This document shows, one piece after another, positions 19,178 through 28,494 of a stretch of 64,000 nt of DNA. Each line of letters starts with the position of its first letter. Positions within the stretch are counted from its first letter, which is position 1. A program made the position numbers and the translations under genes. The notes under the pieces are model-generated. The model did no database searches. It worked only from the letters and a program-made list of their open reading frames with translations, and was not told the DNA's origin. This DNA comes from a virus (lineage: Duplodnaviria > Caudoviricetes). Location of the stretch: the IMG/VR virus record IMGVR_UViG_3300027708_000016; one strand, given 5' to 3'.

Positions 19178-19520
19178 CGATTGTTAAAATTTTATCCCAA
19201 AATTTGTTACCAGAAACTTTTGCAGGATAAACCATAAGATTATTTTCAATTTCTGGTGCATGTTTTGCTAATGTTTTAATTCGGTAATCAAAATATATTA
19301 AATTATCTTCTTCGTGTATTTCGGTTTCAAATGGGATGGGTATTTCTATCTTTTCTTTTAATTTCTTTGTAGTATCCATTATAAAAGTAAGATAAAAATT
19401 CTTTTGATAAAAAATAACTAATTTTCCTTGTTTGTGAATTTTTTTATCAATTTCTATTGAAATTTGTTTTTGTAATAAAAATTTACAGGCTTTTTCTAAA
19501 ATTGTTCCAGATATAGTCAT
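19161..19520 (-). CDS. Hypothetical protein
   Basis: Intact 119-aa ORF coupled to its neighbours by overlaps. Confidence 0.6.
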   Translation of the reverse strand: MTISGTILEKACKFLLQKQISIEIDKKIHKQGKLVIFYQKNFYLTFIMDTTKKLKEKIEIPIPFETEIHEEDNLIYFDYRIKTLAKHAPEIENNLMVYPAKVSGNKFWDKILTIDARIN

Positions 19521-19903
19521 TATTTGTCCATGAATCCTTTTTTCTGTGCAGGTGACATTTTTAATATTACATCCACAAAGTATTTTAAAAATTTTGCCAT
19601 TGGTGTTGTTGGTATAATGGATACAATTTCACACCCTTCGCATGAAACGTTTCTCCAATCCTGCATCATGATATCCCAAACTGTTGCCAAGTTCTTTTTT
19701 ATAGCATTATATGGTGGTGGATTTTTTGGTTTTTTAAAATTTAATGTTTCTTTACCAAAAACCGAATTTAAAAGTTTTCTATCCAACGTACAAAGCATTC
19801 TTCTTGATGTTGGTTTTCTGGTTTTGTCTCTTCTAGTAAATTTTAATTCCACCAAATTAGTTTGGCAAATTTTCATTACTGTTAATGGAGATAAACCTGC
19901 CAT
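19520..19903 (-). CDS. WYL_2/DUF2693-like SH3-barrel protein
   Basis: VELKFTRRD...RRMLCTLD...TVWDIMMQDWRNV pattern, typical of this family in T4-like phages. Confidence 0.6.
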   Translation of the reverse strand: MAGLSPLTVMKICQTNLVELKFTRRDKTRKPTSRRMLCTLDRKLLNSVFGKETLNFKKPKNPPPYNAIKKNLATVWDIMMQDWRNVSCEGCEIVSIIPTTPMAKFLKYFVDVILKMSPAQKKGFMDK

Positions 19904-19909
19904 AATTTA

Positions 19910-20326
19910 TTACTTAATCTTTTTGTTAATTTTTTTTAATTGAGGTTGTGGTTTTGCTTCACATACACCAAATATTCTACTTTCGTTTAAAAATACAATG
20001 TGTTTTAAATCATTAAGGTTTGATACTTTGATACCTTTGTCATTTGGGAACACAATAATATCATTAGCCTTAACAGTCTTGCAATCAGGTCCTGCAAGGA
20101 TTACTCTTGCAAGTCTCCATGCAAAATTTACGGTGTTAATTGGAACCCATATACTACCTCTTAAAATTTCCGTACCATCATCGTTAACGTCAATATACTG
20201 ACACATCAATATATCATCTAAAACTTTTGTTAATGTCCAACTATCTAATTCAAAAGCATGACCTAGATAGTTATCTAGCTGTACTTTACCACCGATATTG
20301 TCATTTTGTTCTGGTCTTTCAATCAT
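19910..20326 (-). CDS. groES: GroES-like co-chaperonin (functional analogue of T4 gp31)
   Basis: LDDILMCQY...RLARVILAGPDCKTVKANDIIVFP...VFLNESRIFGV; late TAAATA box at 20333-20338. Confidence 0.75.
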   Translation of the reverse strand: MIERPEQNDNIGGKVQLDNYLGHAFELDSWTLTKVLDDILMCQYIDVNDDGTEILRGSIWVPINTVNFAWRLARVILAGPDCKTVKANDIIVFPNDKGIKVSNLNDLKHIVFLNESRIFGVCEAKPQPQLKKINKKIK

Positions 20327-20331
20327 ATATT

Positions 20332-20697
20332 TTATTTAGGCAATAAATTTAATTCTTCAAGTGTGTTATTATACATTTCTAATTCTTTTCTTGAAATTTC
20401 CATAACCGAACACAAATTATCAAGGTTTGGATCGCTTTCTTCTACCCCTTTATTGCTTTTTTTAATGTATTGTATTTTTTTAGTATGCTTTGGGATTACT
20501 TTATAATAAAACTTCGCTAAAAATTCTTCATCTGATATATTCCACTTGTTCGTAGTCATATTGACAATCTGTGCAATTGGTTTACTCGTCATTGACAGCC
20601 ATCTATTTGTCATATAACTTATATTTTTAGGTATCTCTGGCTTTTTGGAATCAATTTTAAGAATCCAATTTAAAAATGGAAAGAATATGTTTTTCAC
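20332..20697 (-). CDS. Putative clamp-loader small subunit (gp62-like)
   Basis: SYMTNRWLSM...FYYKVIPKHTKKIQYIKK...LCSVMEISRKELEMY resembles gp62 homologues. Confidence 0.5.
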   Translation of the reverse strand: MKNIFFPFLNWILKIDSKKPEIPKNISYMTNRWLSMTSKPIAQIVNMTTNKWNISDEEFLAKFYYKVIPKHTKKIQYIKKSNKGVEESDPNLDNLCSVMEISRKELEMYNNTLEELNLLPK

Positions 20698-21365
20698 TTA
20701 TAGAATCTATCAAATTTAAGTGCACTAACTTGCCATTCATTACTATTCATCGAATCGCCTAGTCCAAAATGCACAACTCTAATAGGAGTAACACCCATCT
20801 TAAGCTTTTTCTGGTTAGCATTCAAGCATAATGTCATGTCGTAATGATGAAAGTCAAAATTTTCATCAAATTTTAATTGTTTTTCTAAAAATTTATCTAT
20901 GTTTACGGCAAGAAATAGTCCATCAAGTATTAATGCACGAGAATCTGACTTTCCAAAAACACTTGTCCAAACAATACCTTGGTGTGAATGACCAACTTCA
21001 CCCACATGATCCTGTTTCTCGCTCATTAAATGCCATGCAGGTGGTTTTGATAGGTCGCATTTCTTTGATCCAGCTAACCCAACAATATCATATTTTTCAA
21101 ATGCTATGTTTAGTTTCTCTTCCCAAAACAAATCTTCAATTAAAACATCGTCATGAACAAAAATTACTCTTTTTCCCTTGTAAGATTCATTTATAAATTT
21201 GTTGTAGATTTTAGATAATCCTTCTTTGTTTTCAAATAATATTGAACATTGATTGGTTAATCCTGCCTTTTCTAAAAAAATTGCAATTTGAGATTTTTCC
21301 CAAAAATCGTTGTGATTATATTGAGTTGCAATTACAAAATGGTAAATACTTGATAGATTTGTCAT
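20694..21365 (-). CDS. GT2-like glycosyltransferase
   Basis: GLSKIYN, IFVHDDV, DIVGLAG, ILDGLFLA, FDENFDFHHYD. Confidence 0.75.
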   Translation of the reverse strand: MTNLSSIYHFVIATQYNHNDFWEKSQIAIFLEKAGLTNQCSILFENKEGLSKIYNKFINESYKGKRVIFVHDDVLIEDLFWEEKLNIAFEKYDIVGLAGSKKCDLSKPPAWHLMSEKQDHVGEVGHSHQGIVWTSVFGKSDSRALILDGLFLAVNIDKFLEKQLKFDENFDFHHYDMTLCLNANQKKLKMGVTPIRVVHFGLGDSMNSNEWQVSALKFDRFYK

Positions 21366-21395
21366 ATTAAAGGATAAATAGTTGTAAATATAATG

Positions 21396-22034
21396 ATGAA
21401 GAACACTAAAAAAGTCAAGAGTAAATTAAAGCCTCGTATGAAGCTTAAGAAAACTAATTTAAAATCAACTGTTCCTGATCAGTGTAGTTGTGAGCAAAAA
21501 GAAGCAAGAAATATTCTTAAAAAGAATATGGCAGGTGATCCAAAATTAAATGAATCATCAAATCTTTTGTTCGCAGAACAATTTTTAATTTCATTATTAA
21601 CAGAAGAAGAGGAACTTCAAGGTGAGTTGCCAGCAGGACCGCCAGCCGAAACTGCACCTGAAGATTTTACACCAGAAAAAAACCAAAAGGATTTTACAGA
21701 TTCATTAGAGCAGGGAACAGATGCCAACGAGTTTGATGTTGAAGGTGTTTCTTCGGATATCACACTTGAAACAATTAAAAAGGTTAAAGATTGGGCTATC
21801 AAATTAAATGATTTTGAAAAGTTTTTAAATAACCCATCACAAGATTCACTTCACCGTATTTTAGCTGATAATGATCGTGCTGGTAGCTTACTTCGTGGTA
21901 TTACCCGTAAGGCTTCTGATTCAATCACTCGTATTGCTGGCGAAATTGCAAAGCTTAAAGAAGTTCTCAATACATTCGTCAACACCGCACCAAAGAAGAT
22001 GCGTGATACTGAGCAGTTAAAGTTAGGTAGTTAA
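21396..22034 (+). CDS. Hypothetical late protein, possibly virion-internal
   Basis: Basic N-terminus, acidic Pro/Glu middle, helical C-terminus. TAAATA at 21385-21390; start 21393 or 21396. Confidence 0.6.
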   Translation: MKNTKKVKSKLKPRMKLKKTNLKSTVPDQCSCEQKEARNILKKNMAGDPKLNESSNLLFAEQFLISLLTEEEELQGELPAGPPAETAPEDFTPEKNQKDFTDSLEQGTDANEFDVEGVSSDITLETIKKVKDWAIKLNDFEKFLNNPSQDSLHRILADNDRAGSLLRGITRKASDSITRIAGEIAKLKEVLNTFVNTAPKKMRDTEQLKLGS

Positions 22035-23000
22035 TTGTAAACAATTATCAAGGATTACTTGGTAATCAATTTCATTTAAATCTTCAAAGATACACCATTC
22101 GTTAAAATCTTTGTAACCTGTTCCTTTCTTCCAAGAAAAGATTGATTCGTTATTCATAAGAATTTCTTTCATCTTTTCCTTTGCTGTATCATCATGATTA
22201 GGATTATCCAATACCCATATTCTTTTGTGAAATGGAAACTCTGCTAATTGATCAGACTGGGTTTTTGTTAAACTAATACCAGCAACACCCACTGCGTTTT
22301 TAACGCACATTGAATCAATAGGTCCTTCAAACAAAAAGATGTAAGGAATGTCTACGTTCACCCTTTCAATTCCAAAAACTGTTTTCTCATATCCAGACTT
22401 GCCTAAATACCTTGGTTCACTTCTATCAAGTGCTCTGGTTTGGTAAAACGTTACCTTTCTGTTTCTATCATAGAAAGGTATACAAAGTCTGTTAGCATGA
22501 GTGCTGTCAGTAAGACTTATAAAAAGATTTGGAGATTTATTTACAAGAGTATCGAGTTTTCTATTTTTAACATATGTTAATGCTTCACTAAAATACTTGT
22601 TGTTTTTATAATACTGTTGCTGAACTTGATCAAATATATTAATTGAATCATAAGGTAGGTCAGGAATTGTTTTTCTTTTATATGTTGTTGTAATATTTTC
22701 CTTTTTAAATACATCCACTGATATATCATCGGAATTAATCTCCAGTTGAATATCTTCATATGACATACCTGTAGTTTTCTTAATCCAATTCAAAGCTGAC
22801 CAAGTTTCATTACAGTTAAAACAATGAAAAGTATTGGTATTAGGATAATACCAGAGTCTTTTTTTTCTACCCAAACTTTTTCCTTCTTTACAGATAGGAC
22901 ATGATGCATTATACTGACCGTTATGCTTTTTAAATTCTGGTTCTATGGAATAACTCATGAATTTATTCATGACATAGGTAGACGGAAGCCTGTGTTTCAT
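22023..23000 (-). CDS. gp61: DNA primase, T4 gp61-like
   Basis: Zn ribbon CPIC...HCFNC, RLCIPFY, FYQTRAL, TOPRIM FEGPIDS and WVLDN, KDFNE. Promoter TTGACT-N16-TATATT at 23007-23034. Confidence 0.92.
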   Translation of the reverse strand: MKHRLPSTYVMNKFMSYSIEPEFKKHNGQYNASCPICKEGKSLGRKKRLWYYPNTNTFHCFNCNETWSALNWIKKTTGMSYEDIQLEINSDDISVDVFKKENITTTYKRKTIPDLPYDSINIFDQVQQQYYKNNKYFSEALTYVKNRKLDTLVNKSPNLFISLTDSTHANRLCIPFYDRNRKVTFYQTRALDRSEPRYLGKSGYEKTVFGIERVNVDIPYIFLFEGPIDSMCVKNAVGVAGISLTKTQSDQLAEFPFHKRIWVLDNPNHDDTAKEKMKEILMNNESIFSWKKGTGYKDFNEWCIFEDLNEIDYQVILDNCLQLTT

Positions 23001-23034
23001 ATTCTCAATATAACAGAGAATATCTTGAAGTCAA

Positions 23035-23487
23035 TTAAATTTCAGTATGCTGAACTTTAGGTGGTGATTCGGCATTGAACCATTCTGCGGTTTCTTTAGA
23101 AGTTGGTTCTTTTGGATTTGTTACCATATCCTCTAAGTTTTGCTCTTCTGGTTGGGATTCTTCTTCTTTGTAAGGTTCAAACGGACACTCATCATGGTTT
23201 TTTAACCAATCATAAAATATAACAGCATATCCATCTGCAATTTCACTTTTTTTAAGTTGTTTAAAGATTAAAGAAATTGCATTTTTAAGAGTTTTAGGTG
23301 TATAAAAATCTTTATCTTTTAATTTTAAAGCAATTGATTTAAAATGCCCCTTGTGTTCATCTTCTGGGTCAAGTTCATTAATTAATTTTTTAACCGAATC
23401 AAGATTAAACTTAAACTTTTTTGTTTCATCTTTTTTTCTTCCTTCCTCTAAAAGATTTTCAACTAAAATATCATAATTCTTTAACAT
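23035..23487 (-). CDS. Hypothetical late protein
   Basis: TAAGTA at 23493-23498; N-terminus ...LVENLLEEG. Confidence 0.6.
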   Translation of the reverse strand: MLKNYDILVENLLEEGRKKDETKKFKFNLDSVKKLINELDPEDEHKGHFKSIALKLKDKDFYTPKTLKNAISLIFKQLKKSEIADGYAVIFYDWLKNHDECPFEPYKEEESQPEEQNLEDMVTNPKEPTSKETAEWFNAESPPKVQHTEI

Positions 23488-23509
23488 ATTACTACTTATA
23501 TGTTATATA

Positions 23510-23845
23510 TTACCTTTTCTTACTTTCAATAATTTTTAAAATTTCAATAACCGCATATCTTCCTATATGTGAATCAGTGCAACCATTAGCTCTTGAGCAG
23601 TCTTTCCATCTTTTTATTAAATCTTCACTACATCTAAAATTTGCTACTGCTGTCTGTTCGCCTTTTCTTTTATTTTCTTGTGGTGGAAGTTGGAAATTTT
23701 TTTCTTCAATTAATTTTAAAATATTTTCTAATCCACGCACTAAAATATCAGATGCAGTTAAATTTTCTAGTGTAGTTGCTGTTTGTTTGAATTTAATTAA
23801 TAAGTCAAGTGGTATTCTAAAAGATGAATTTTTTTTAATAGACAT
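23510..23845 (-). CDS. Tandem ribbon-helix-helix DNA-binding protein
   Basis: Two halves, SSFRIPLDLLIKFKQTA...ASDILVRGLE and ANFRCSEDLIKRWKDCS...DSHIGRYAVI, each with the RHH pattern. Confidence 0.55.
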   Translation of the reverse strand: MSIKKNSSFRIPLDLLIKFKQTATTLENLTASDILVRGLENILKLIEEKNFQLPPQENKRKGEQTAVANFRCSEDLIKRWKDCSRANGCTDSHIGRYAVIEILKIIESKKR

Positions 23846-23853
23846 ATATATAA

Positions 23854-24537
23854 TTACCTAATACCCATGTCTTTTTCGATTCTTTTTAAATCTGCTTCGC
23901 TTGCACCTATAACAGTACTAAGCAAACTGGTCTCCTCACCAAAAAATTTACCATTTGGTTGGATGTAAAGTTCGGTCATTTTAATTCTTTCTTCTCTATT
24001 ACCAAAAATTTCAATTAATGCTGGTGAATCTTCTTTTGGAAAGACTCTGCCATCTGCTCTATTGTATGATTCACTAAATACTTTAAAAATATTGTCAATT
24101 TCTTCTCTAAAGGTTTCATCAATCTCTCTAAATCCATCATTTTCAATTGGTACGGAGGCTACTTTTGTTAGTGGTACAAAGAAAATAATATCAAACATCT
24201 TCAATGTTTCTCTTATCATGACTCTTTGTTCGTCAAGAAGTTTGTCACTAAGCTTTCCATTCAAGTTCAACCATGAAGAATATGCCAAAACATCAAGAAC
24301 GCACCTGTCAGTAATAAAAAAATCATTACCTGCTGAGTTAATAATCTGATCGGTTAAGAAATTTAGAATTTCCTTCTGTGTTTCTTCGGTTGATTCTTTG
24401 CTATGGGGAAGATTTTTTTCCTGTAACATCTCCCTGTAAGATTTATTCGTTGTCGTGTACATTGACCAATTCGTAATGAAATCCTTTACGAATGTGGACT
24501 TACCCATGTTTTGTGAACCTACTACCGCTATTTTCAT
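23854..24537 (-). CDS. P-loop NTPase/kinase (AAA_28, NadR-kinase/dNMP-kinase-like)
   Basis: MKIAVVGSQNMGKSTF, ITDRCVLDVLAY, DGFREIDETFREEID. Confidence 0.75.
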   Translation of the reverse strand: MKIAVVGSQNMGKSTFVKDFITNWSMYTTTNKSYREMLQEKNLPHSKESTEETQKEILNFLTDQIINSAGNDFFITDRCVLDVLAYSSWLNLNGKLSDKLLDEQRVMIRETLKMFDIIFFVPLTKVASVPIENDGFREIDETFREEIDNIFKVFSESYNRADGRVFPKEDSPALIEIFGNREERIKMTELYIQPNGKFFGEETSLLSTVIGASEADLKRIEKDMGIR

Positions 24538-24833
24538 TCTTTTATATCCTTTACAATTTCAGGAAAAAACTTAACAATTTCTTGTGTGTGTTCGTCATGA
24601 AAAACATCTTCATCTTTATTATTTTTAAAAGCAACAATATTTATGTCATCTAAAACAATTTCTGGAAACATTATTCTAATTTTTTTTGCAAGTTCAAACA
24701 TATTTAATGTTTCTTGTTTATAAAAAGAAGCACATACATCAACACTTGATGAAAATAAAAGACTTTCTAAAAGAGTTTTTACTTCATCTTTTGTTAAAGA
24801 TGAAATACTATAAGATTCATTAATATTATTCAT
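24534..24833 (-). CDS. Hypothetical protein
   Basis: Intact ORF with promoter TTGACT-N16-TAAAAT at 24842-24869. Confidence 0.6.
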   Translation of the reverse strand: MNNINESYSISSLTKDEVKTLLESLLFSSSVDVCASFYKQETLNMFELAKKIRIMFPEIVLDDINIVAFKNNKDEDVFHDEHTQEIVKFFPEIVKDIKE

Positions 24834-24876
24834 TACCTACTATTTTAATAGTAATAATGAAAAAGTCAAACTAATA

Positions 24877-25353
24877 TTATTCATCCCCAGCCATTGGGAC
24901 GCTGTCTAGTGTTTGTTTAATGTTTTTAATTTCTTGTTTCGTGTCTGTTGATTTTTTAGGATCTAATTTAGTGGAAAGTGCTGTTAATATACTATCCAAT
25001 TTAGTCATTTGACCTCTGCCTTCCATTGCTTTTAAAATTTCATTTTTATCCTCACCTTTATAATTTTTTAAAATAAAATCATATAATGAATTTAAAAAAT
25101 TCTGAATTACATTTGGTTCATCATTTATCATCTGATTGTCATTTGGTGTGGGTAATGCAGAATCTTCGGTTGAAGATACTTGTTGGGGTGTATTCATATC
25201 TGCGCCAGCTTCATCTTCCACTTCGGGTGCTACTTCGGGTGCAGGGGCATTAGTTGGATCAAGTTCTTCTGAACCTGCGGGTTCTTCGGTTGGCATTCCT
25301 TGAGCCTCAAGAATGTGATTATATTTCCCAATCAGATTTAAAAATTTACTCAT
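24877..25353 (-). CDS. Hypothetical late protein, possibly head-internal
   Basis: TAAATA at 25361-25366; N-terminus MSKFLNLIGKYNHILEAQ followed by a Pro/Glu/Ala-rich linker. Confidence 0.6.
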   Translation of the reverse strand: MSKFLNLIGKYNHILEAQGMPTEEPAGSEELDPTNAPAPEVAPEVEDEAGADMNTPQQVSSTEDSALPTPNDNQMINDEPNVIQNFLNSLYDFILKNYKGEDKNEILKAMEGRGQMTKLDSILTALSTKLDPKKSTDTKQEIKNIKQTLDSVPMAGDE

Positions 25354-25371
25354 ATTAATCTATTTATCTAT

Positions 25372-25983
25372 TTATGCACAACTTTCCACAAGTTTAGCTT
25401 CTGCTTCTCGTCTTTCTAGTAATCCATCCAACCCTTTGCCTTCCCATATACGTTTCATTTTGCGAAGTTCTTTGGCTATACCTTTATAATCTTTCTTGGG
25501 AACTAAAACTCTTATGTTTCTCATTTCTAAACGACTATCTCCTGTTAATGAAGATCCTCTGTTAAAAACTAGAGAGACAATTGCACCATAGGCATCATCA
25601 CAAAGCTCTGAGAGGCTTGGGAAAGCTTTTTCTGCAAGTCTAGAAAACTTTGCCCATGTAATCTTATCAAATATATCTATGGCTTTATCCCAAGGGATTT
25701 CTATACCACTATTTTTATGTTGTTGAGTATATTCTTTACCAGCTTGTCCTGTTTTACCAGAAGCACCTTTTATTATTTCTAATTGATCTTTAGGGAGAAA
25801 AGAAAACATTGTTTCTAATTCGTTTGGGGTATAATAACCACAATCAATTCCAATACCAAGAGTCATTCCACTAGCACCACTGGGCCATTCTGGTTTAGTC
25901 AAATACTTTTCATAGTAGGATTTTCCACCACCTACTTCATATTCTAAAATTAATGCTAGTGCTTTCGATGATGGGTTTTTCAT
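25372..25983 (-). CDS. Lysozyme/muramidase (GH24/pesticin-like endolysin)
   Basis: LILEYEVGG...SGMTLGIGIDCG, GAIVSLVFNRGS, GLLERREAEAKL. Confidence 0.85.
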   Translation of the reverse strand: MKNPSSKALALILEYEVGGGKSYYEKYLTKPEWPSGASGMTLGIGIDCGYYTPNELETMFSFLPKDQLEIIKGASGKTGQAGKEYTQQHKNSGIEIPWDKAIDIFDKITWAKFSRLAEKAFPSLSELCDDAYGAIVSLVFNRGSSLTGDSRLEMRNIRVLVPKKDYKGIAKELRKMKRIWEGKGLDGLLERREAEAKLVESCA

Positions 25984-25984
25984 A

Positions 25985-26104
25985 TTATTTCTTTTTTTTC
26001 TTTCCTTTATTCTTTGGCTTCTTATGATTTTTCTTCATATTAATTGCAATAGCTGCTTGCTGTGCCATATTTGCTGCTTCTAAAAAATATTGTTTAAAGT
26101 TCAT
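25985..26104 (-). CDS. 39-aa basic protein, probable head-internal peptide (absent from the ORF track)
   Basis: MNFKQYFLEAANMAQQAAIAINMKKNHKKPKNKGKKKRK; its ATG overlaps the upstream TGA. Confidence 0.65.
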   Translation of the reverse strand: MNFKQYFLEAANMAQQAAIAINMKKNHKKPKNKGKKKKK

Positions 26105-26553
26105 AATTCGGTTATGTTATAATCTTCTTCCTTTGCGTTATTGGAAAGGATTTCCTCTTTTACATCTTCATGTTTGGTTTCTTTTACTGACTGAGCTTCT
26201 CCAGAGACACTTGCACTAGAAGAACTATTATATCTAAGGTCAACAAGTCCTTGAGCACCAAGATACACAGATATAACAAGCGCAATCTGCTCCATAATCT
26301 TTGTAAAAATTGTTGCATATGTTGTAATAACAATGTCATGATCTTTTGGGATAAAAAATAATATACCAACTGCTATAAAGAACATCGAAACTATAACAAG
26401 CAACGATGTCATGATTATAAAAAACTTTTTGGAAGCCAAATGATTGGTATCTTCCATTTGTTTTTCTAAATAAGCAGGTGTATTGGGTGGTGCTTTTCCG
26501 TTTGTAAGAAAAGCACTAACAGTTTGACCTATATTGACAAGATTTTGCCACAT
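26101..26553 (-). CDS. Membrane protein, candidate holin
   Basis: Two hydrophobic segments (FFIIMTSLLVIVSMFFIAVGILFFI and IALVISVYLGAQGLV) and an acidic C-tail; lies next to the muramidase. Start MWQNL at 26553 with TAAGTA at 26559-26564. Confidence 0.5.
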   Translation of the reverse strand: MWQNLVNIGQTVSAFLTNGKAPPNTPAYLEKQMEDTNHLASKKFFIIMTSLLVIVSMFFIAVGILFFIPKDHDIVITTYATIFTKIMEQIALVISVYLGAQGLVDLRYNSSSSASVSGEAQSVKETKHEDVKEEILSNNAKEEDYNITEL

Positions 26554-26573
26554 ATAGGTACTTATGCTTAAAA

Positions 26574-26741
26574 CTAAAATATAGTACCAAGAATAAAACC
26601 AACCACAAAGCCAACAAGGAAAATTGCCTTTAGGGGATTTGTTTTTGCCCAAAGATATAAATCACCAATAATAAAAATTGTTTTTTGTTTTACTATAACT
26701 GCGTCTTGTTTTATTGTTTCTTCTATTTTTTGCGTGTCCAT
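26574..26741 (-). CDS. Small single-TM membrane protein
   Basis: MDTQKIEE...NPLKAIFLVGFVVGFILGTIF. Confidence 0.5.
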   Translation of the reverse strand: MDTQKIEETIKQDAVIVKQKTIFIIGDLYLWAKTNPLKAIFLVGFVVGFILGTIF

Positions 26742-26742
26742 A

Positions 26743-27324
26743 TTATAAAAAGAATAATCCGTTGGATTTAGCATAGAAATATACACCGATTAATACCAAT
26801 AATCCAATTATGATAATGTTTCTCCATAAAAGCTGAAGATCCTTCTTGATAAGAAGCTTTTCGTCAGCGTTTAACTTATCAAGTATTTTACTTTGATTTG
26901 TTTTTTGTAATGCAAGTTCTTCATCAACAATTTTTTTATCTTTTATAAGATTTGCATTATCTTTTGTAAGTTGATTTTTGGTATCTCTATCTTTTAAAAG
27001 AGTTGAGTAATCTTCAGACCCCACCACTATTACCTTAGAATTTTTAAATTGATCTGGTACTAAAACAACTTGTGTTTTTTCTGCGTTTTTTGAATTTTTA
27101 ACAACTTCACCTGCTTGATAAACAGATTGCACTTGTATCCTATGCTTTGGGATTTTTACCAATCTTGTTGTTTGGTCTGAGTAATAGTAAGCAAGATCAA
27201 TTCTACCCTTGTTTACTGAATCATTGGTAGCATAAACATTACGACTTAATGCTTCTGATTGTTTTTCTGTATAAACGGTGCAAGATACAAGAAATATTGT
27301 CAAAAAAGTTAAAATTTTCTTCAT
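26743..27324 (-). CDS. Lipoprotein with C-terminal TM helix, candidate unimolecular spanin
   Basis: MKKILTFLTIFLVS|C lipobox, coiled-coil-like middle, C-terminal NIIIIGLLVLIGVYFYA; TAAATA at 27330-27335. Confidence 0.65.
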   Translation of the reverse strand: MKKILTFLTIFLVSCTVYTEKQSEALSRNVYATNDSVNKGRIDLAYYYSDQTTRLVKIPKHRIQVQSVYQAGEVVKNSKNAEKTQVVLVPDQFKNSKVIVVGSEDYSTLLKDRDTKNQLTKDNANLIKDKKIVDEELALQKTNQSKILDKLNADEKLLIKKDLQLLWRNIIIIGLLVLIGVYFYAKSNGLFFL

Positions 27325-27332
27325 ACGGATAT

Positions 27333-27587
27333 TTAATGAACAAGTTTAGTTGTCAAGTCTGAACTACTAGAAGTAGAAAGAGAATCAGAATTACACATGG
27401 GTTTATAACCACCGTTCCAAGGACTAGGAAAGGGTATTTCATGTTTAGAAACACAATCATCAATCCCGTGACCCCAATTGTTATAATGACCTAATCCCTT
27501 GAGTTTATTTTGTTCTTCTAATGCATTTGCTATTCTATTAAGAGCAAATACTATATCTTTTAAAGATCCGTCTATATTTGTAATCAT
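27333..27587 (-). CDS. Hypothetical protein
   Basis: Intact 84-aa ORF. Confidence 0.45.
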   Translation of the reverse strand: MITNIDGSLKDIVFALNRIANALEEQNKLKGLGHYNNWGHGIDDCVSKHEIPFPSPWNGGYKPMCNSDSLSTSSSSDLTTKLVH

Positions 27588-27618
27588 ATTTTTATATTAA
27601 ACAATTAACATAAAAAAA

Positions 27619-28389
27619 TTAATTGTCAAACCATTTTTTAATGTTTTTACCTATACATGTTGGTATTTTAAAAAATAAACTTTCTTCGTTAAGTGCATGA
27701 GCTTCTTTTGCGTTGGCAATTGTGATGAAATCAGATAACAGCTTAATATTTCTTTCAAATCCTGCACCCTTTGATTTGTGATAAGCACTTTTACTAAAAT
27801 GTCCATCATTTAAAACAATGGAATCTGGACTTTCTTCCATCCACATCTCAGTTAACATTTTATCATCTGATAAAATATAGGCAGTTTTTACTTTTTTTCT
27901 AAGATTTTTCCAATTTAAAGCATCAAAACCTCTATCTGTTCCTCTTAGATGAACCAAAGGCATTTTTGTTAAAGTTTTTGTTTTATTTTTAATTAATTGT
28001 TTAACTTCATCGGTTAATCTTAATTTATCTGAAATTAAATCGTAATCATATCTCCTATAACCTATACCAGAATAAACAACACATTCTTCATCTCTGTTTT
28101 CTATATTTTCCCATTCTTTTATATTATAAAGCCATTCACCACCCTTTGGATAATTTATTTCAGACCAAATAATAGGATGAACATTTTTCTTTTTTGGTTC
28201 TTTTTCAATTGTTTGGATATTTTTAATTTTAAAATATCTAAAAAAAGAATCATTCCAAATAGAATCTTTCCAATCCACATGCAAAATTCTTTTTTCATTT
28301 TCCGCTAACCACATACAATAAGTTAATCCCTGAAGCCTGTCACCAAATCCTTCCCAACCTTTCATAATAATGTATTTTGCTTTTGGCAT
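27619..28389 (-). CDS. NodZ/O-fucosyltransferase-like glycosyltransferase (GT-B)
   Basis: EGFGDRLQGL, VHLRGTDR, YILSDD, LSDFITIANA. Confidence 0.65.
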   Translation of the reverse strand: MPKAKYIIMKGWEGFGDRLQGLTYCMWLAENEKRILHVDWKDSIWNDSFFRYFKIKNIQTIEKEPKKKNVHPIIWSEINYPKGGEWLYNIKEWENIENRDEECVVYSGIGYRRYDYDLISDKLRLTDEVKQLIKNKTKTLTKMPLVHLRGTDRGFDALNWKNLRKKVKTAYILSDDKMLTEMWMEESPDSIVLNDGHFSKSAYHKSKGAGFERNIKLLSDFITIANAKEAHALNEESLFFKIPTCIGKNIKKWFDN

Positions 28390-28402
28390 AAAAATTTCCA
28401 AG

Positions 28403-28448
28403 AAGTATTATAAGATATTTAAGTATTATAAGATATTTAAGTATTATA
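28403..28448. repeat. Intergenic 18-bp tandem repeat AAGTATTATAAGATATTT x2 plus a partial third copy
   Basis: Copies at 28403-28420 and 28421-28438; partial copy at 28439-28448. Confidence 0.85.
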
Positions 28449-28494
28449 TTTAAGTTAAAAGCACTATAAGGGTTAAAAAGGATGACATCCTATT

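Noticed and set aside
19524-19943. 139-aa plus-strand ORF and similar antisense ORFs (7846, 11961, 20831, 23421, 34527, 51065)
   Set aside because: They largely or entirely overlap better-supported genes on the opposite strand and lack start signals.
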